This document shows, piece by piece, positions 10,165 through 19,037 of a stretch of 64,000 nt of DNA. Both the position numbers and the translations under genes were made by a program. Within the stretch, counting starts at the first letter, position 1. Every line of letters begins with the position of its first letter. The notes under the pieces were generated by a model that worked only from the letters and a program-made list of their open reading frames with translations, searched no databases and was not told the origin of the DNA. Source of the stretch: Candidatus Sumerlaeota bacterium (GTDB lineage Bacteria > Sumerlaeota > Sumerlaeia > MWCT01 > JAUWMI01); the NCBI GenBank assembly GCA_030613245.1, contig JAUWMI010000003.1:1062-65061 (forward strand). The letters run 5' to 3'.

Positions 10165-11055
10165 TCATTCCAGATTCTGTAATTGCTCGCGGATTTTCTC
10201 GATTTCGTTTTTCATGGTCAATACCAATGGCGCTACCGTCGTGTCGCGTGCTTTGGCCCCGATCGTGTTGGCCTCGCGTAGTAGCTCCTGGGAGAGGAAT
10301 TCGAGTCGCTTTCCTATGGGGTCGCGGCTTTTGGACTGCAGCAGCTTGCGCATCGCGTCGAGATGCGATTTGAGGCGGACCAACTCTTCTGTAATATCGG
10401 ATTTATCGGCATAGAGCAGGACTTCGGCCTCCAGGCGCTCAGACATGAGGGCTGCGCCTGAGGGTAGGATGATCTTTGCCAGGCGGTCGGTCAGATGCCG
10501 GCGGTATTTCTCGATGATTTCATTTTTTCGAGCCCAAAGGGTTTTTTGTGTCTGTTCCAACAGGCGTACCCTGTGGCTAATATCCCCGGCCAGTGCTTTG
10601 CCCTCGGCTTTACGCATGGCTTGTAGCTGACGCAGGGCTTTGCGGGTCGCGGTTTTAATGGCCGGCCAGAGGCGTTCCTTGTCAATGTGCTGTGTGGCGT
10701 GGGTGACGTTGCCGGGCAATTGCAGGAGTGATGCAAGCGGAATTTCCTGCCTGATTTTCAGTCGTTTCTTCAGGGCGGCGAGTTGACGGTAGAGTGACTG
10801 GATTGCATCGGCATTGATCTGGACTGAGGAGAGGGTTCTTGAGCGCTGCTCCCAGCCAATCCAGACGTCTACTTTACCTCGGCGAATCTCAGCCTTGAGA
10901 TGGTCACGCAGCCGGGGCTCGACAAAGCTGAGCACACCGGGGACGCGAAAGTTAAAGTCAAGGTAACGGCTATTATAGGTTTTAATTTCGACTGTTAGTT
11001 GGCCCAGCGGGTGTTTGAGAGTTGCCGAGCCAAAGCCTGTCATACTGCAGATCAC
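10165..11055 (-). CDS. yicC: YicC-family stress-induced protein.
   Basis: N-terminal 'MTGFGSATLK...TYNSRYLDFNFRVP' is the YicC N-domain signature. It lies upstream of gmk as in many bacteria. Confidence 0.85.
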   Translation of the reverse strand: MICSMTGFGSATLKHPLGQLTVEIKTYNSRYLDFNFRVPGVLSFVEPRLRDHLKAEIRRGKVDVWIGWEQRSRTLSSVQINADAIQSLYRQLAALKKRLKIRQEIPLASLLQLPGNVTHATQHIDKERLWPAIKTATRKALRQLQAMRKAEGKALAGDISHRVRLLEQTQKTLWARKNEIIEKYRRHLTDRLAKIILPSGAALMSERLEAEVLLYADKSDITEELVRLKSHLDAMRKLLQSKSRDPIGKRLEFLSQELLREANTIGAKARDTTVAPLVLTMKNEIEKIREQLQNLE

Positions 11056-11084
11056 TGTGAATCACCTCAGTGTAAGAATTGTTT

Positions 11085-11149
11085 TGTAGGGGCGTTTAAC
11101 TAAACGCCCATTGAGCTGTGTCTGGGGCGTTCAATAGAACGCCCCTACA
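11085..11149. repeat. REP-like element made of two hairpins in a GTAGGGGCG...CGCCCCTAC frame (BIME-like unit).
   Basis: tgtaGGGGCGTTTAacTAAACGCCC ... GGGGCGTTCaataGAACGCCCCtaca. Both arms are perfect or near-perfect 9-10 bp stems. Confidence 0.8.
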
Positions 11150-11172
11150 ATGCGTATCATGGCAAGATGAAT

Positions 11173-11682
11173 TTAACGCCTCTGCTGATAGATATCTTTC
11201 CAATATAGACCATGCTCAAGGTTAAAATTCTTTGATGATGGGTTTTCTCTATCCAGCTCCCAGTTTATGGGATTGTTCTGAATGTATTCCCTAATTCGGG
11301 ACAATTCCTTCTCGTTACGAATAATGTGTTCGTAATAATTACGCTGCAATTTGAAATTTGAAAAACCATTTTTTCTGCACCAATTTGTCAATGCTGTCTT
11401 ATACGTGCGGATTATTACAGACAAGGTGTTCTTCCTTGGGGATATTCTCACATGATGTGTAGGGGCGTTTAAATAAACGCCCCTCGAGCTGTGTGTTGGA
11501 TTACCAGCTGATCTATCAGGGGCGTTCAATAGAACGCCCCTACAATGTGCATCATTTTCAGTAATCATTATTATTCCATGTAGGTGGTTTGGCATGACTA
11601 TAAATTCATCCAATTGGGTATTACCATGGTGCGCTGATATCTCCTGCCAAAACTTGTCTGCTTTCTTTCCTATTGTAGACAA
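11173..11682 (-). CDS. IS200/IS605-like Y1 (HuH) transposase of the REP-associated tyrosine transposase (RAYT) type. Its reading frame runs through a REP pair.
   Basis: HuH motif 'MPNHLHGIIMI'. The C-terminal 'FKLQRNYYEHIIRNEKELSRIREYIQNNPINW' matches the RAYT tail (catalytic Tyr; YI..NP..W). Residues ~47-85 (CRGVLLNAPDRSAGNPTHSSRGVYLNAPTHHVRIS) are the translation of the REP element at 11458-11544. That stretch is therefore either an in-frame REP insertion or a recently inactivated gene. Confidence 0.6.
   Translation of the reverse strand: MSTIGKKADKFWQEISAHHGNTQLDEFIVMPNHLHGIIMITENDAHCRGVLLNAPDRSAGNPTHSSRGVYLNAPTHHVRISPRKNTLSVIIRTYKTALTNWCRKNGFSNFKLQRNYYEHIIRNEKELSRIREYIQNNPINWELDRENPSSKNFNLEHGLYWKDIYQQRR
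11458..11544. repeat. REP-like two-hairpin element lying inside the RAYT ORF.
   Basis: tgtaGGGGCGTTTAaaTAAACGCCCC ...35 nt... aGGGGCGTTCaataGAACGCCCCTaca. Confidence 0.8.
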
Positions 11683-12020
11683 GATAACGATACCTTCTTT
11701 TACATGGCCAAGACTGCAGAAGCTATTGTATGTACAAATTGTTACAAAATATGCACCTGCCTCGGAATAATCATACCCTTTCAGCCGAATAACCTTTCTA
11801 TTTTACATATCGCCTCAATAGCTGAAAGAGATCATTTTAGCCAGAGGGATTGCTTGCTAAGTCATTGGCATATTTTGACGAAACACGATACTTCAACTTC
11901 TATAAGTACCGACCCCTAGAATATGCGCTCTCGAATGCAATTCCTCCAGCATGGTGACGCATATCATAAACGATGTTCTTTTAAAAAGTAAAGGGGAATA
12001 TCTTGTTCCTATTTGCTTTT

Positions 12021-12107
12021 TGTAGGGGCGTTTTAATAAACGCCCGATGAATAGGTCCGTCTTGAATTAAGCAGGTGTGTCTGGGGCGTTCAGTAGAACG
12101 CCCCTAC
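12021..12107. repeat. REP-like two-hairpin element overlapping the 3' end of the AI-2E transporter ORF.
   Basis: tgtaGGGGCGTTTTAATAAACGCCC ... GGGGCGTTCagtaGAACGCCCCTAC. The last 13 aa of the transporter ORF (RRGVLLNAPDTPA) are the repeat's translation. Confidence 0.8.
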
Positions 12108-13266
12108 GTTTGGCTTCGCGGAGCTTGTCCCACCAAAATTCTTTGATCAGGATGCGCACGACGCAGGCCACCGGAATTGCTACGATCATCCCCCCCAGTC
12201 CGAAGTAAGCGCCAATCATCAAAGCGAGCAACACGGCCAGGGGATGGAGTTCGCTGTTCTTGCCCACAATGCGGGGCGTGAAAATCATACTGTCAATGGC
12301 CTGGATCAGGGCAAACAGGCCGATTACCTCTGCTGAACCTATCAGCTTATCCGAAAGACTGGGGAAACCGCTGGACGCGAGTACCCAGATGAGCGATGGA
12401 ACTGCCCCAAGCAGAGGTCCAAGGTAGGGAATGATGTTACCGATGCCAGCCACGACGCCAATAAGAATGGCATACTTCTTCAGGCCGATAAGCAGCAGGC
12501 CAATCGTGGTCAGCAGTCCTACAAGGCAGCAAATAGTCAACTGGCCCCGCAAAAACCCACCAACTGCCTCATCAATCCGGTTGAGAATGCTGAATACTCG
12601 TTCTTCGTGCTTCGTCGGGATAACTGTTGATACCAGACCCTTGATCTTATGGAAATCCAGCAGGAAGTAAAAATTGATTATGACCACAAGAATCACGAAT
12701 GAGGTCAACGAGAAAAATAATCCGAATCCGGCGGCCACTCTTTTGGCCACCGCACCTGCTACAGAGACTCCCTCTGCGGCTGCGCCGTGCAGTCCCGGAA
12801 GCATGGCGCCGAGAACGCTGCGAAGATCAGTTCCCAGGGATTCTAATGTGTCTGTGATCTTCTGCATTTGCGCTTCGTTCAGTGTGATATCGTATCTCTT
12901 CATGAGCGTGTTGAGCTGAGCCGGTATGACTTCGCTGAGGCGCTTAATGAGTTCGCTGATCTGATGGTAGAGATTGGGTAGTAAGAAGAGCATGAACGCG
13001 GCGATCAACAGCAGAATGATGACGTAGAATGTGACAAGACCCAGGATGCGCGAGAGTTTGAGCCGCTGCTGAACGAACGTCACAATGGGATTAAAAAGGT
13101 AGGCAATAATCAATGCGACGCAGAACGGTGCCAGGATGTTGGCAATTATGCGCAAAACAGGGCTGAGCTGCACCAGTGCATACACTGCAACGGCGATGAT
13201 AAGCATGTATCCGATCACGAGCAGCGTTTTCTTTAGCTTCGTATCAAGATCAGGTATGCTTCCCAT
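12067..13266 (-). CDS. AI-2E family transporter (UPF0118/PerM-like).
   Basis: 399 aa, ~8 TM segments. 'ILAPFCVALIIAYLFNPIV' and the overall topology are typical of AI-2E family permeases. The annotated C-terminus runs into the REP element, so the true stop may be functionally the same. Confidence 0.7.
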   Translation of the reverse strand: MGSIPDLDTKLKKTLLVIGYMLIIAVAVYALVQLSPVLRIIANILAPFCVALIIAYLFNPIVTFVQQRLKLSRILGLVTFYVIILLLIAAFMLFLLPNLYHQISELIKRLSEVIPAQLNTLMKRYDITLNEAQMQKITDTLESLGTDLRSVLGAMLPGLHGAAAEGVSVAGAVAKRVAAGFGLFFSLTSFVILVVIINFYFLLDFHKIKGLVSTVIPTKHEERVFSILNRIDEAVGGFLRGQLTICCLVGLLTTIGLLLIGLKKYAILIGVVAGIGNIIPYLGPLLGAVPSLIWVLASSGFPSLSDKLIGSAEVIGLFALIQAIDSMIFTPRIVGKNSELHPLAVLLALMIGAYFGLGGMIVAIPVACVVRILIKEFWWDKLREAKRRGVLLNAPDTPA

Positions 13267-13513
13267 GGGTTTGTCCTTCCATTATGAAGCGGACGAGCGA
13301 GTAGTCTATGGTGCGTCTCCTGACGCTTCTTCGCCATCAGCGTGAACAGACACAGTCTGGCAAAGCCTGCGGAAGAGCGCAATTCTTTTCTACACGGAGG
13401 GATGGCTGTAGAAGAAGGGGGTGAGGATTGGCGTCCATCAGGTTCGGCACTGCAAGGCGTCCCATGGCGGAGATGAAGGCGAAACGCCTTAACGACCGTT
13501 GCAGGGGGTTTGA

Positions 13514-14509
13514 CTAATCAAACCCCCTCTCATCTTCATCGGCTTCATCGAGGGAGGAGTAGATGCGTTCTTCTTCCTCCCAGACGCGCAGTTGTTCCCG
13601 GCGCTCGCGCTGTTTTCTAATGTAGGCGAGGATGAACAGAAGCGCGACGAGAAACCACAATACGGAGGTGCTGGTGAGCACGAGCAGCCAGTTCTTGAAT
13701 ATACTGCCGAGCGAGCGCTGCCACGCCGTTTCTAAGCCGTCGCGCATCATGGGATCCCAGAGACGCTCGATCAGGCGTGGGCCGAGTTTCGAGTCGGCCA
13801 GGTCGAGCAGGAAGCCATCGAGCCCCTTGTCGGCATAGGCGCGTTTGATCAGGAAGTTAATTATGGAATAGCTCTGTAGGTAGGCGAGGTGGAGTTGACG
13901 GCCGTCCTGAGGGAATGTGGCCACGAGCTGGCGAAATGGGATAAGCGTGCCGAAAATACGAGCCCAGGTGAGGGTAAGCGAACCGCCGAACGACCGTTGG
14001 CCGGCGAGATGCATGGCAAGGCCTTCGTCAGCCCAGCGCGGTAAACGTGCCGGAAGCTTGCGCCCGAGAAAGAGGTGTGCATATTCGTGGACGAGGGTCT
14101 TGCGGACTTGCGATGCAGGAAGTGAATGGATCTTTTCGGCATTCAGGTAGATTGTTAGGGTCTTAGATACAGCGGCGGCGACAATGCTTTCACTGGCGAA
14201 ATTGGTGCGCGATTGAAATTCCTTTTGCGTGCGGCAAATGACGAGCCGGGTTTGCTCCCGAAATGAAACAGCAGTGCGTTTGAAAATCCGAATGCGCGCT
14301 TGCTCTGCCATTTCAAGCATGCCACGAGCGAGCGGCTCGTTTGACTGCGGAAAGACGACGGTGAAGTTTTCCGATCTGAGCTCGCGTTGCTCTTGCGCGC
14401 CAAGGTCGCTGGTGCCCAGCATCCCGGCTGAGTGCAAAAGAGACAGAAGCCACAGGAATAACACTAGCCGAAGCAGCGGCGCATAATATGGTTTTCGGTT
14501 GATGAACAT
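13514..14509 (-). CDS. Putative secreted/membrane-tethered zinc metallopeptidase (peptidase_MA-like, HEXXH).
   Basis: N-terminal signal peptide, 'TLVHEYAHLFLG' HEXXH motif with a downstream 'ADEGLAMHL' (third ligand Glu), a C-terminal TM helix and an acidic tail. Confidence 0.5.
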   Translation of the reverse strand: MFINRKPYYAPLLRLVLFLWLLSLLHSAGMLGTSDLGAQEQRELRSENFTVVFPQSNEPLARGMLEMAEQARIRIFKRTAVSFREQTRLVICRTQKEFQSRTNFASESIVAAAVSKTLTIYLNAEKIHSLPASQVRKTLVHEYAHLFLGRKLPARLPRWADEGLAMHLAGQRSFGGSLTLTWARIFGTLIPFRQLVATFPQDGRQLHLAYLQSYSIINFLIKRAYADKGLDGFLLDLADSKLGPRLIERLWDPMMRDGLETAWQRSLGSIFKNWLLVLTSTSVLWFLVALLFILAYIRKQRERREQLRVWEEEERIYSSLDEADEDERGFD

Positions 14510-14621
14510 AAATAATCACGCTTGAGAAATTATTTGCAGGGCAAAAGCATTTGCCGCACTCTGCCGCTTATCATGCACACATACATGGGTTACCCTAACG
14601 AATGAGGGTAGAGATTGTAAA

Positions 14622-14894
14622 CAGGTTTTCGTCACGATGCGATCTGGAGGCGCTATCTTTATGCTCACACTGAACAAGGTATGTTGCACAGGCAAGGATG
14701 CCTGTGCCACCAATTACAATGGGCAATGCAAGAGGAAATACGTGAAAATGAAAAAATTAAAAATGGTAGAACAGGCTTCCAGCCTGTTATCAGGTTTTCG
14801 TCACGATGCGATCTGGAAGCGCTATTTTTATGCTCACACTGAACAAGGTATGCTGCACAGGCAAGGATGCCTGTGCCACCAATTACAATGGGCA
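14622..14894. repeat. Two ~105-bp direct repeats (14622-14726 and 14791-14894, ~95% identical). Each contains the perfect hairpin CACAGGCAaggaTGCCTGTG.
   Basis: Direct sequence comparison. The repeats lie in the intergenic region between the GT39-like gene (upstream on the minus strand) and the HEXXH peptidase gene start. Confidence 0.8.
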
Positions 14895-14903
14895 TGGTAG
14901 TAC

Positions 14904-16592
14904 TCATAGCTTATAGATTTTAATAATCGGGCCTGAGGAGCGAAATTTTTCAGGTGCGAATTGGCGCAACAGGGTGGTCTGGTCGTCGAGGCGCTGATAG
15001 AAGGCCTTGACGTTTTCAAATCCTGTGCCGCGGTACTCAAAGAATCGCTGATACATATAGCTACTGGTGATCACGTGGGTGATACCAGCGGCATGCAGAT
15101 CAGAGAGATGGGGGACGGTTTGCTCTGAAGTTTTGCCGTCAATGATCAGGGCGGGAAAGGCGATAAAGTGCGAAGTGTATTGCGGTGCACCTTCGTTGTA
15201 ACGAAGTGCTTTGGAGAAATAGAGGCCGCTTTCACCTGCTGCTTCCTGTTCCTGAGCGAGCTCCCTATATACCGCGTCGCTAAACCGAATAGCAGGGTAA
15301 TAATGGAAGTAAAATGGGCCATCTATGAGCAGCGTGGCTGTGGCAGGGATGTTTTGTTCGATCCATTTCCCGGCTTGCATTCTGGTGTCAGTGCCGAGGA
15401 GAGTGACGTCATAGGGAACAATTCGAGATAGCTGCCACACGACAATTGTAATGACCAGCAGAGTCCGAATCCGTGGTTTGAACCAGGGGAACGCGGTGAG
15501 TCCTCGTGCAGCAATCACAGAGCAGAGCGGCGTGACCATTGTAATGTACTGGTAGTCAAGGTGGTGCGAGAGCGCTAGCATGAGCAGATAGACGAATAGG
15601 AAGACGAAGATGAGCACGAAGGGCGGCTGGCGTTTTGCGAGCAGTGCGAAGGTGGCTACAACGATAAGGAGCAATAGTATCCAGCCGTATTCCTTCAACA
15701 TGGTCAGGGCCAGAAAGCCTATGCCCGATTGTTGCTCGTAGCCCAGAACGATCTTCTTCCCGGTAATCTGTTCCAGGATCATTGTGTGGCGGAGTTCGCG
15801 CAGGAAATCTAGCGGATGCAGAAGCGCGTAGGGTGTGCCGAGTAGGAATGCGAAAAGCACGGCGCCAATGGCGAGGAGGAGGCGAGCGTCCGCAGGCTGA
15901 AGAGCGAAGCTCGCATGCGCATGGTTTGATTGTTTTCGCACGAAGAAGTGTGCAACCAGAAGAAAGAGCAAAGCCGGAGCAGCGTTGTATTTCGTTGAAA
16001 CAGCAAAGCCAATGGCCAGGCCGCACCAGAGGTAGGCCCACGGTGTGGGTGTCTTGAGGATACGCAGCGCTCCGAGCAGTGCCAGGCTGACAAAGAGCGC
16101 GGCCAGAATGTCCGTCTTGGCGTAATGCGCGTATTGAATTGACAACACCGCAACTGCCATGAATGCGGCGGCAAGCAGACCAGTGCGTTGATCTGCCACG
16201 CGTTTGCCGATCCAATAGACCACGATGATTTGCAGCGTACCGGCAAGTGCGGACGTAAGACGTGCCAGCAGATAGAAAAGCGAGGGATTCACGAAAAAGA
16301 GGCGTTCAAATGCAGAAATAGTTAGAACAATCCCAAGGAGCTTGAGGAAGATAAACGCCGCTGTATATTCGACGAACAGGACGATATTGTATAGCGTCGG
16401 TTTGTTCAGGTGTCGGGGCTTGAGATCGCCGCTTGAAAATTTGAGCGCTTTCGAGACGTTATCAATTTCGTCGGACGCAAGGTAGCCGGGATTTGGGAGT
16501 CCGTATCCGATACCGACCACGCGAAGACCCAGACCGAGGATGATGATTCCCAGAAGAAGTACAAGTGTCTTATGCTGTGCAAGGCTCGCCAC
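14904..16592 (-). CDS. Polytopic membrane glycosyltransferase, GT39/ArnT/PMT-like (dolichyl-phosphate-mannose protein mannosyltransferase family).
   Basis: 562 aa with >10 TM helices. The first periplasmic loop carries the acidic 'ASDEIDNV' motif characteristic of GT-C family 39/83 enzymes. The C-terminal soluble domain is ~200 aa. Confidence 0.5.
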   Translation of the reverse strand: MASLAQHKTLVLLLGIIILGLGLRVVGIGYGLPNPGYLASDEIDNVSKALKFSSGDLKPRHLNKPTLYNIVLFVEYTAAFIFLKLLGIVLTISAFERLFFVNPSLFYLLARLTSALAGTLQIIVVYWIGKRVADQRTGLLAAAFMAVAVLSIQYAHYAKTDILAALFVSLALLGALRILKTPTPWAYLWCGLAIGFAVSTKYNAAPALLFLLVAHFFVRKQSNHAHASFALQPADARLLLAIGAVLFAFLLGTPYALLHPLDFLRELRHTMILEQITGKKIVLGYEQQSGIGFLALTMLKEYGWILLLLIVVATFALLAKRQPPFVLIFVFLFVYLLMLALSHHLDYQYITMVTPLCSVIAARGLTAFPWFKPRIRTLLVITIVVWQLSRIVPYDVTLLGTDTRMQAGKWIEQNIPATATLLIDGPFYFHYYPAIRFSDAVYRELAQEQEAAGESGLYFSKALRYNEGAPQYTSHFIAFPALIIDGKTSEQTVPHLSDLHAAGITHVITSSYMYQRFFEYRGTGFENVKAFYQRLDDQTTLLRQFAPEKFRSSGPIIKIYKL

Positions 16593-16803
16593 GAATTATG
16601 TACATTCCTGAATCAGTAGTGCGAGTTGCTCCTGCTTGGATAACGCGCCGGAGGCGCATAAACGCATACAATCCCGTTTATGCAAAGAAGCCGGAGGAAA
16701 GGCAAGGGGAAAAAATCAGATGGGTGTGGAGTGATTTATGCGCCTACGGCGCATTCACGTCGTGGCGTCGTGGTTTGATAGTTCTTTTTGTTAGGTGCTA
16801 TTA

Positions 16804-16990
16804 GTCTGTGTTAATCTGTGTTCATCTGTGGTTTCAATATATGTTAATATCGCAACCGCTGATACACGCAGATACACGCGGATTTTGTAGGGGCACGCCG
16901 CTGCGTGCCCCTACCTTATAAATCTCTGTGTCTCTGCGTCTCTGTGGCTGTTTTTTACCACGGAGCATGCGCAAGGCCGATGGAGCAACG
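16804..16990. repeat. Copy A of a ~190-bp composite repeat. It contains tctgtgtt(a/c)a iterons and an embedded GC-type REP hairpin (16886-16915).
   Basis: >90% identical to 17889-18085. The palindrome GTAGGGGCACGC-cgct-GCGTGCCCCTAC sits inside it. Confidence 0.85.
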
Positions 16991-17097
16991 TAATTGTTGC
17001 AAAATATAAGAATTCGTGTTGACTTTTTGGAAGGCATGATAATAGCATTAGGACGAAAAATTGGAAGATTAGAGACAGCAAGCTCATTTCTTAAATC

Positions 17098-17307
17098 ATG
17101 GGTAAGGTGTGGGAAGCTAAAGACATGATACAAAAAATTGTGACCAAACGTAGCTTGCGAGATTCTCGTTCCAAGAATCATGACCTGGCCTATTGGATGG
17201 GCAAGAGCCCCGAGGAACGAGTAGCCACTGTAGACTATTTGCGAAGGCAGTACTATGGAAGTTCAGCCAGACTTCAGAGATCTGCTCGGGTTGTTCAACG
17301 TACATAA
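17098..17307 (+). CDS. Small ORF overlapping the nucleotidyltransferase start. It is a possible cognate partner (antitoxin-like).
   Basis: 69 aa ORF that overlaps the downstream gene by 53 nt in another frame. It is basic, with 'KSPEERVATVDYLRRQYYG'. There is no strong family signature. Confidence 0.3.
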   Translation: MGKVWEAKDMIQKIVTKRSLRDSRSKNHDLAYWMGKSPEERVATVDYLRRQYYGSSARLQRSARVVQRT

Positions 17308-17701
17308 AGTTGAATATATGATTGTAGGGGCCTATGCGCTAGCCTTTCACGGGGTGCCGCGTTTTACTGGTGATCTTGACATTTTTATCAAACCCGATTC
17401 TGAAAACGCTCGGCGCATTTTGCAGGCGCTCGACGAATTTGGTTTTAAATCTGTTGGTCTGACCTTAGAGGATTTTCAGAGCACCGACAAGGTTGTCCAA
17501 CTCGGCGTTCCTCCGGTTCGTGTAGATATCATAACATCTCTGACTGGTGTCTCATGGGAAGAGGCGTTTTCAGGCAGAGCTGAAGGTAAATACGGAGATA
17601 CGCCAGTTTACTACATTGGGCGTGAACAGTTCATTGCGAACAAACGTGCCATGGGAAGAAAGAGAGATTTTGCTGACTTAGAAGCTCTTGGTGAAGAGTG
17701 A
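17255..17701 (+). CDS. Minimal nucleotidyltransferase (Pol-beta superfamily) domain protein, probably a toxin-antitoxin component.
   Basis: 'IVGAYALAFHGVPRFTGDLDIFIKPD' fits the G[SA]x9-13Dx[DE] NTase motif (GDLDIF). 148 aa, stand-alone, flanked by repeats. Confidence 0.6.
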   Translation: MEVQPDFRDLLGLFNVHKVEYMIVGAYALAFHGVPRFTGDLDIFIKPDSENARRILQALDEFGFKSVGLTLEDFQSTDKVVQLGVPPVRVDIITSLTGVSWEEAFSGRAEGKYGDTPVYYIGREQFIANKRAMGRKRDFADLEALGEE

Positions 17702-17888
17702 TGTCGCGAGTTCAGGGTTCGGTAAACAGAGCGCTCCAAAGCTTAAAGGCTCCCTTCTAAAGCGGCTACGAACTTCCCTACCTTCCTCCCAGCGGCTATA
17801 AATTCCAACCCCGCTGGTAGAATACATCCATCCATTTCAATTTCCTGCAATGTGTAATTACGCCACAGAGACACGGAGTGTGTGCATA

Positions 17889-18085
17889 AGTTTTAATCCG
17901 TGTTCATCTGTGTTCATCTGTGGTTTCAATATATGTTAATGTCGCAACCGCTGAAGCACGCAGATACACACGGATTTTGTAGGGGCACGCCGCTGCGTGC
18001 CCCTACCATATAAATCTCTGTGTCTCTGCGCCTCTGTGGCTGTTTTTCTTACATATCACCACGGAGTCACGGAGTAGGTACAAAA
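17889..18085. repeat. Copy B of the ~190-bp composite repeat, with an embedded GC-type REP hairpin (17978-18007).
   Basis: Near-identical to 16804-16990. A third, shorter copy at 18091-18215 lacks the ~90-bp REP-containing core. Confidence 0.85.
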
Positions 18086-18090
18086 GTTTT

Positions 18091-18215
18091 AATCCGTGTT
18101 CATCTGTGTTAATCTGTGGTTTCAATCTGATCTATTTGTGATTTATATCTCCGTGTCTCTGCGCCTCCGTGGCTGTTTTTTACCACGCAGCATGCGCAAG
18201 GCCGAAAGAGTAGGC
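18091..18215. repeat. Copy C of the composite repeat. The REP-containing core is absent.
   Basis: The 5' 34 nt and 3' ~70 nt align to copies A and B. The middle ~90 bp (including GTAGGGGCACGC...) is replaced by 26 bp. Confidence 0.8.
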
Positions 18216-18476
18216 CAATTGGTGAAAAATACGAGAGTCGAGCTTGACTTTTTGGGGGCTATAATAATAAGTTTATAATCGCATAATTGGTTGAATTACC
18301 GTGAATTGCTGCGCTTGGGTATGAAGAGTGGTTTTCCCTGAAGAAATCCCCATTGGTGCATATTGGTGATTTGAGTGAAATTAAGGATCACGCAGCTTCA
18401 GGCGTTCACCTGAGTTAGACAGCATAAAATGAATCGTTTGTAGAATCGTTTAGGCCGGATAATCAGAGGTAAGGTT

Positions 18477-18953
18477 TTGTGGAGAACATTCAGCAACATG
18501 AATGGCGGTGATGTCATGGTATTCAAAGCAAGAAGGTTGCGCCTTTTTGCGGTGGTTATGGCAATCTGTTGGATTGTTGGTGGGATTACTTATTTGTTTC
18601 GCGGCGATAACGGAGATTGTGTGTTATTCTTGAGGTATATATCTTCTTACACAATCTTGGGCGTCGCTTATAGCGCCATTATGATTATTGGAACTATTGG
18701 TGAGCATATCGTTCTGACGGCAGACGCAGTCCAGGGTGCAGAACACTCCTCTTTCTGGAAAGCGAGAAGAATCTCAGTATCATTAAACTCGATCGATTTG
18801 TCCAAAAGCGATAAAGGGTCGTTTTGGAGAAACGCTGTTATAGTGACATCTGATGGCCATAAGATAACCATAGCTTCTTATCTCGGCAGGAAGCAGGTGG
18901 ATAAGATATTTAAAGAACTGGAGCAAAGACTTGCCAGTAAATCTTCTGCCTGA
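18477..18953 (+). CDS. Hypothetical membrane-associated protein.
   Basis: 158 aa with two N-terminal hydrophobic helices followed by a soluble domain. No motif recognised. Confidence 0.35.
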   Translation: MWRTFSNMNGGDVMVFKARRLRLFAVVMAICWIVGGITYLFRGDNGDCVLFLRYISSYTILGVAYSAIMIIGTIGEHIVLTADAVQGAEHSSFWKARRISVSLNSIDLSKSDKGSFWRNAVIVTSDGHKITIASYLGRKQVDKIFKELEQRLASKSSA

Positions 18954-19037
18954 AAAGACGATCTTTGTGTAAAGAAAGCCACTGAGGCACGGAGGCTGTC
19001 TCTTAATAAATACTATTCGGCAAGGAGAGAGGATCAT

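Noticed and set aside
14665-15040. Two small minus-strand ORFs (80 and 68 aa) ending in ...HCNWWHRHPCLC(N/S)IPCSV.
   Set aside because: Both are translations of the 105-bp tandem repeat copies in different registers. They are not independent genes, though a leader-peptide role for the first Met is left open in the findings.
15556-16246. Arg/Pro-rich ORFs (219 and 145 aa), antisense within the GT39-like gene.
   Set aside because: They are embedded in the opposite strand of a well-supported membrane-protein gene. Their low-complexity R/P/A composition is typical of GC-rich antisense frames.
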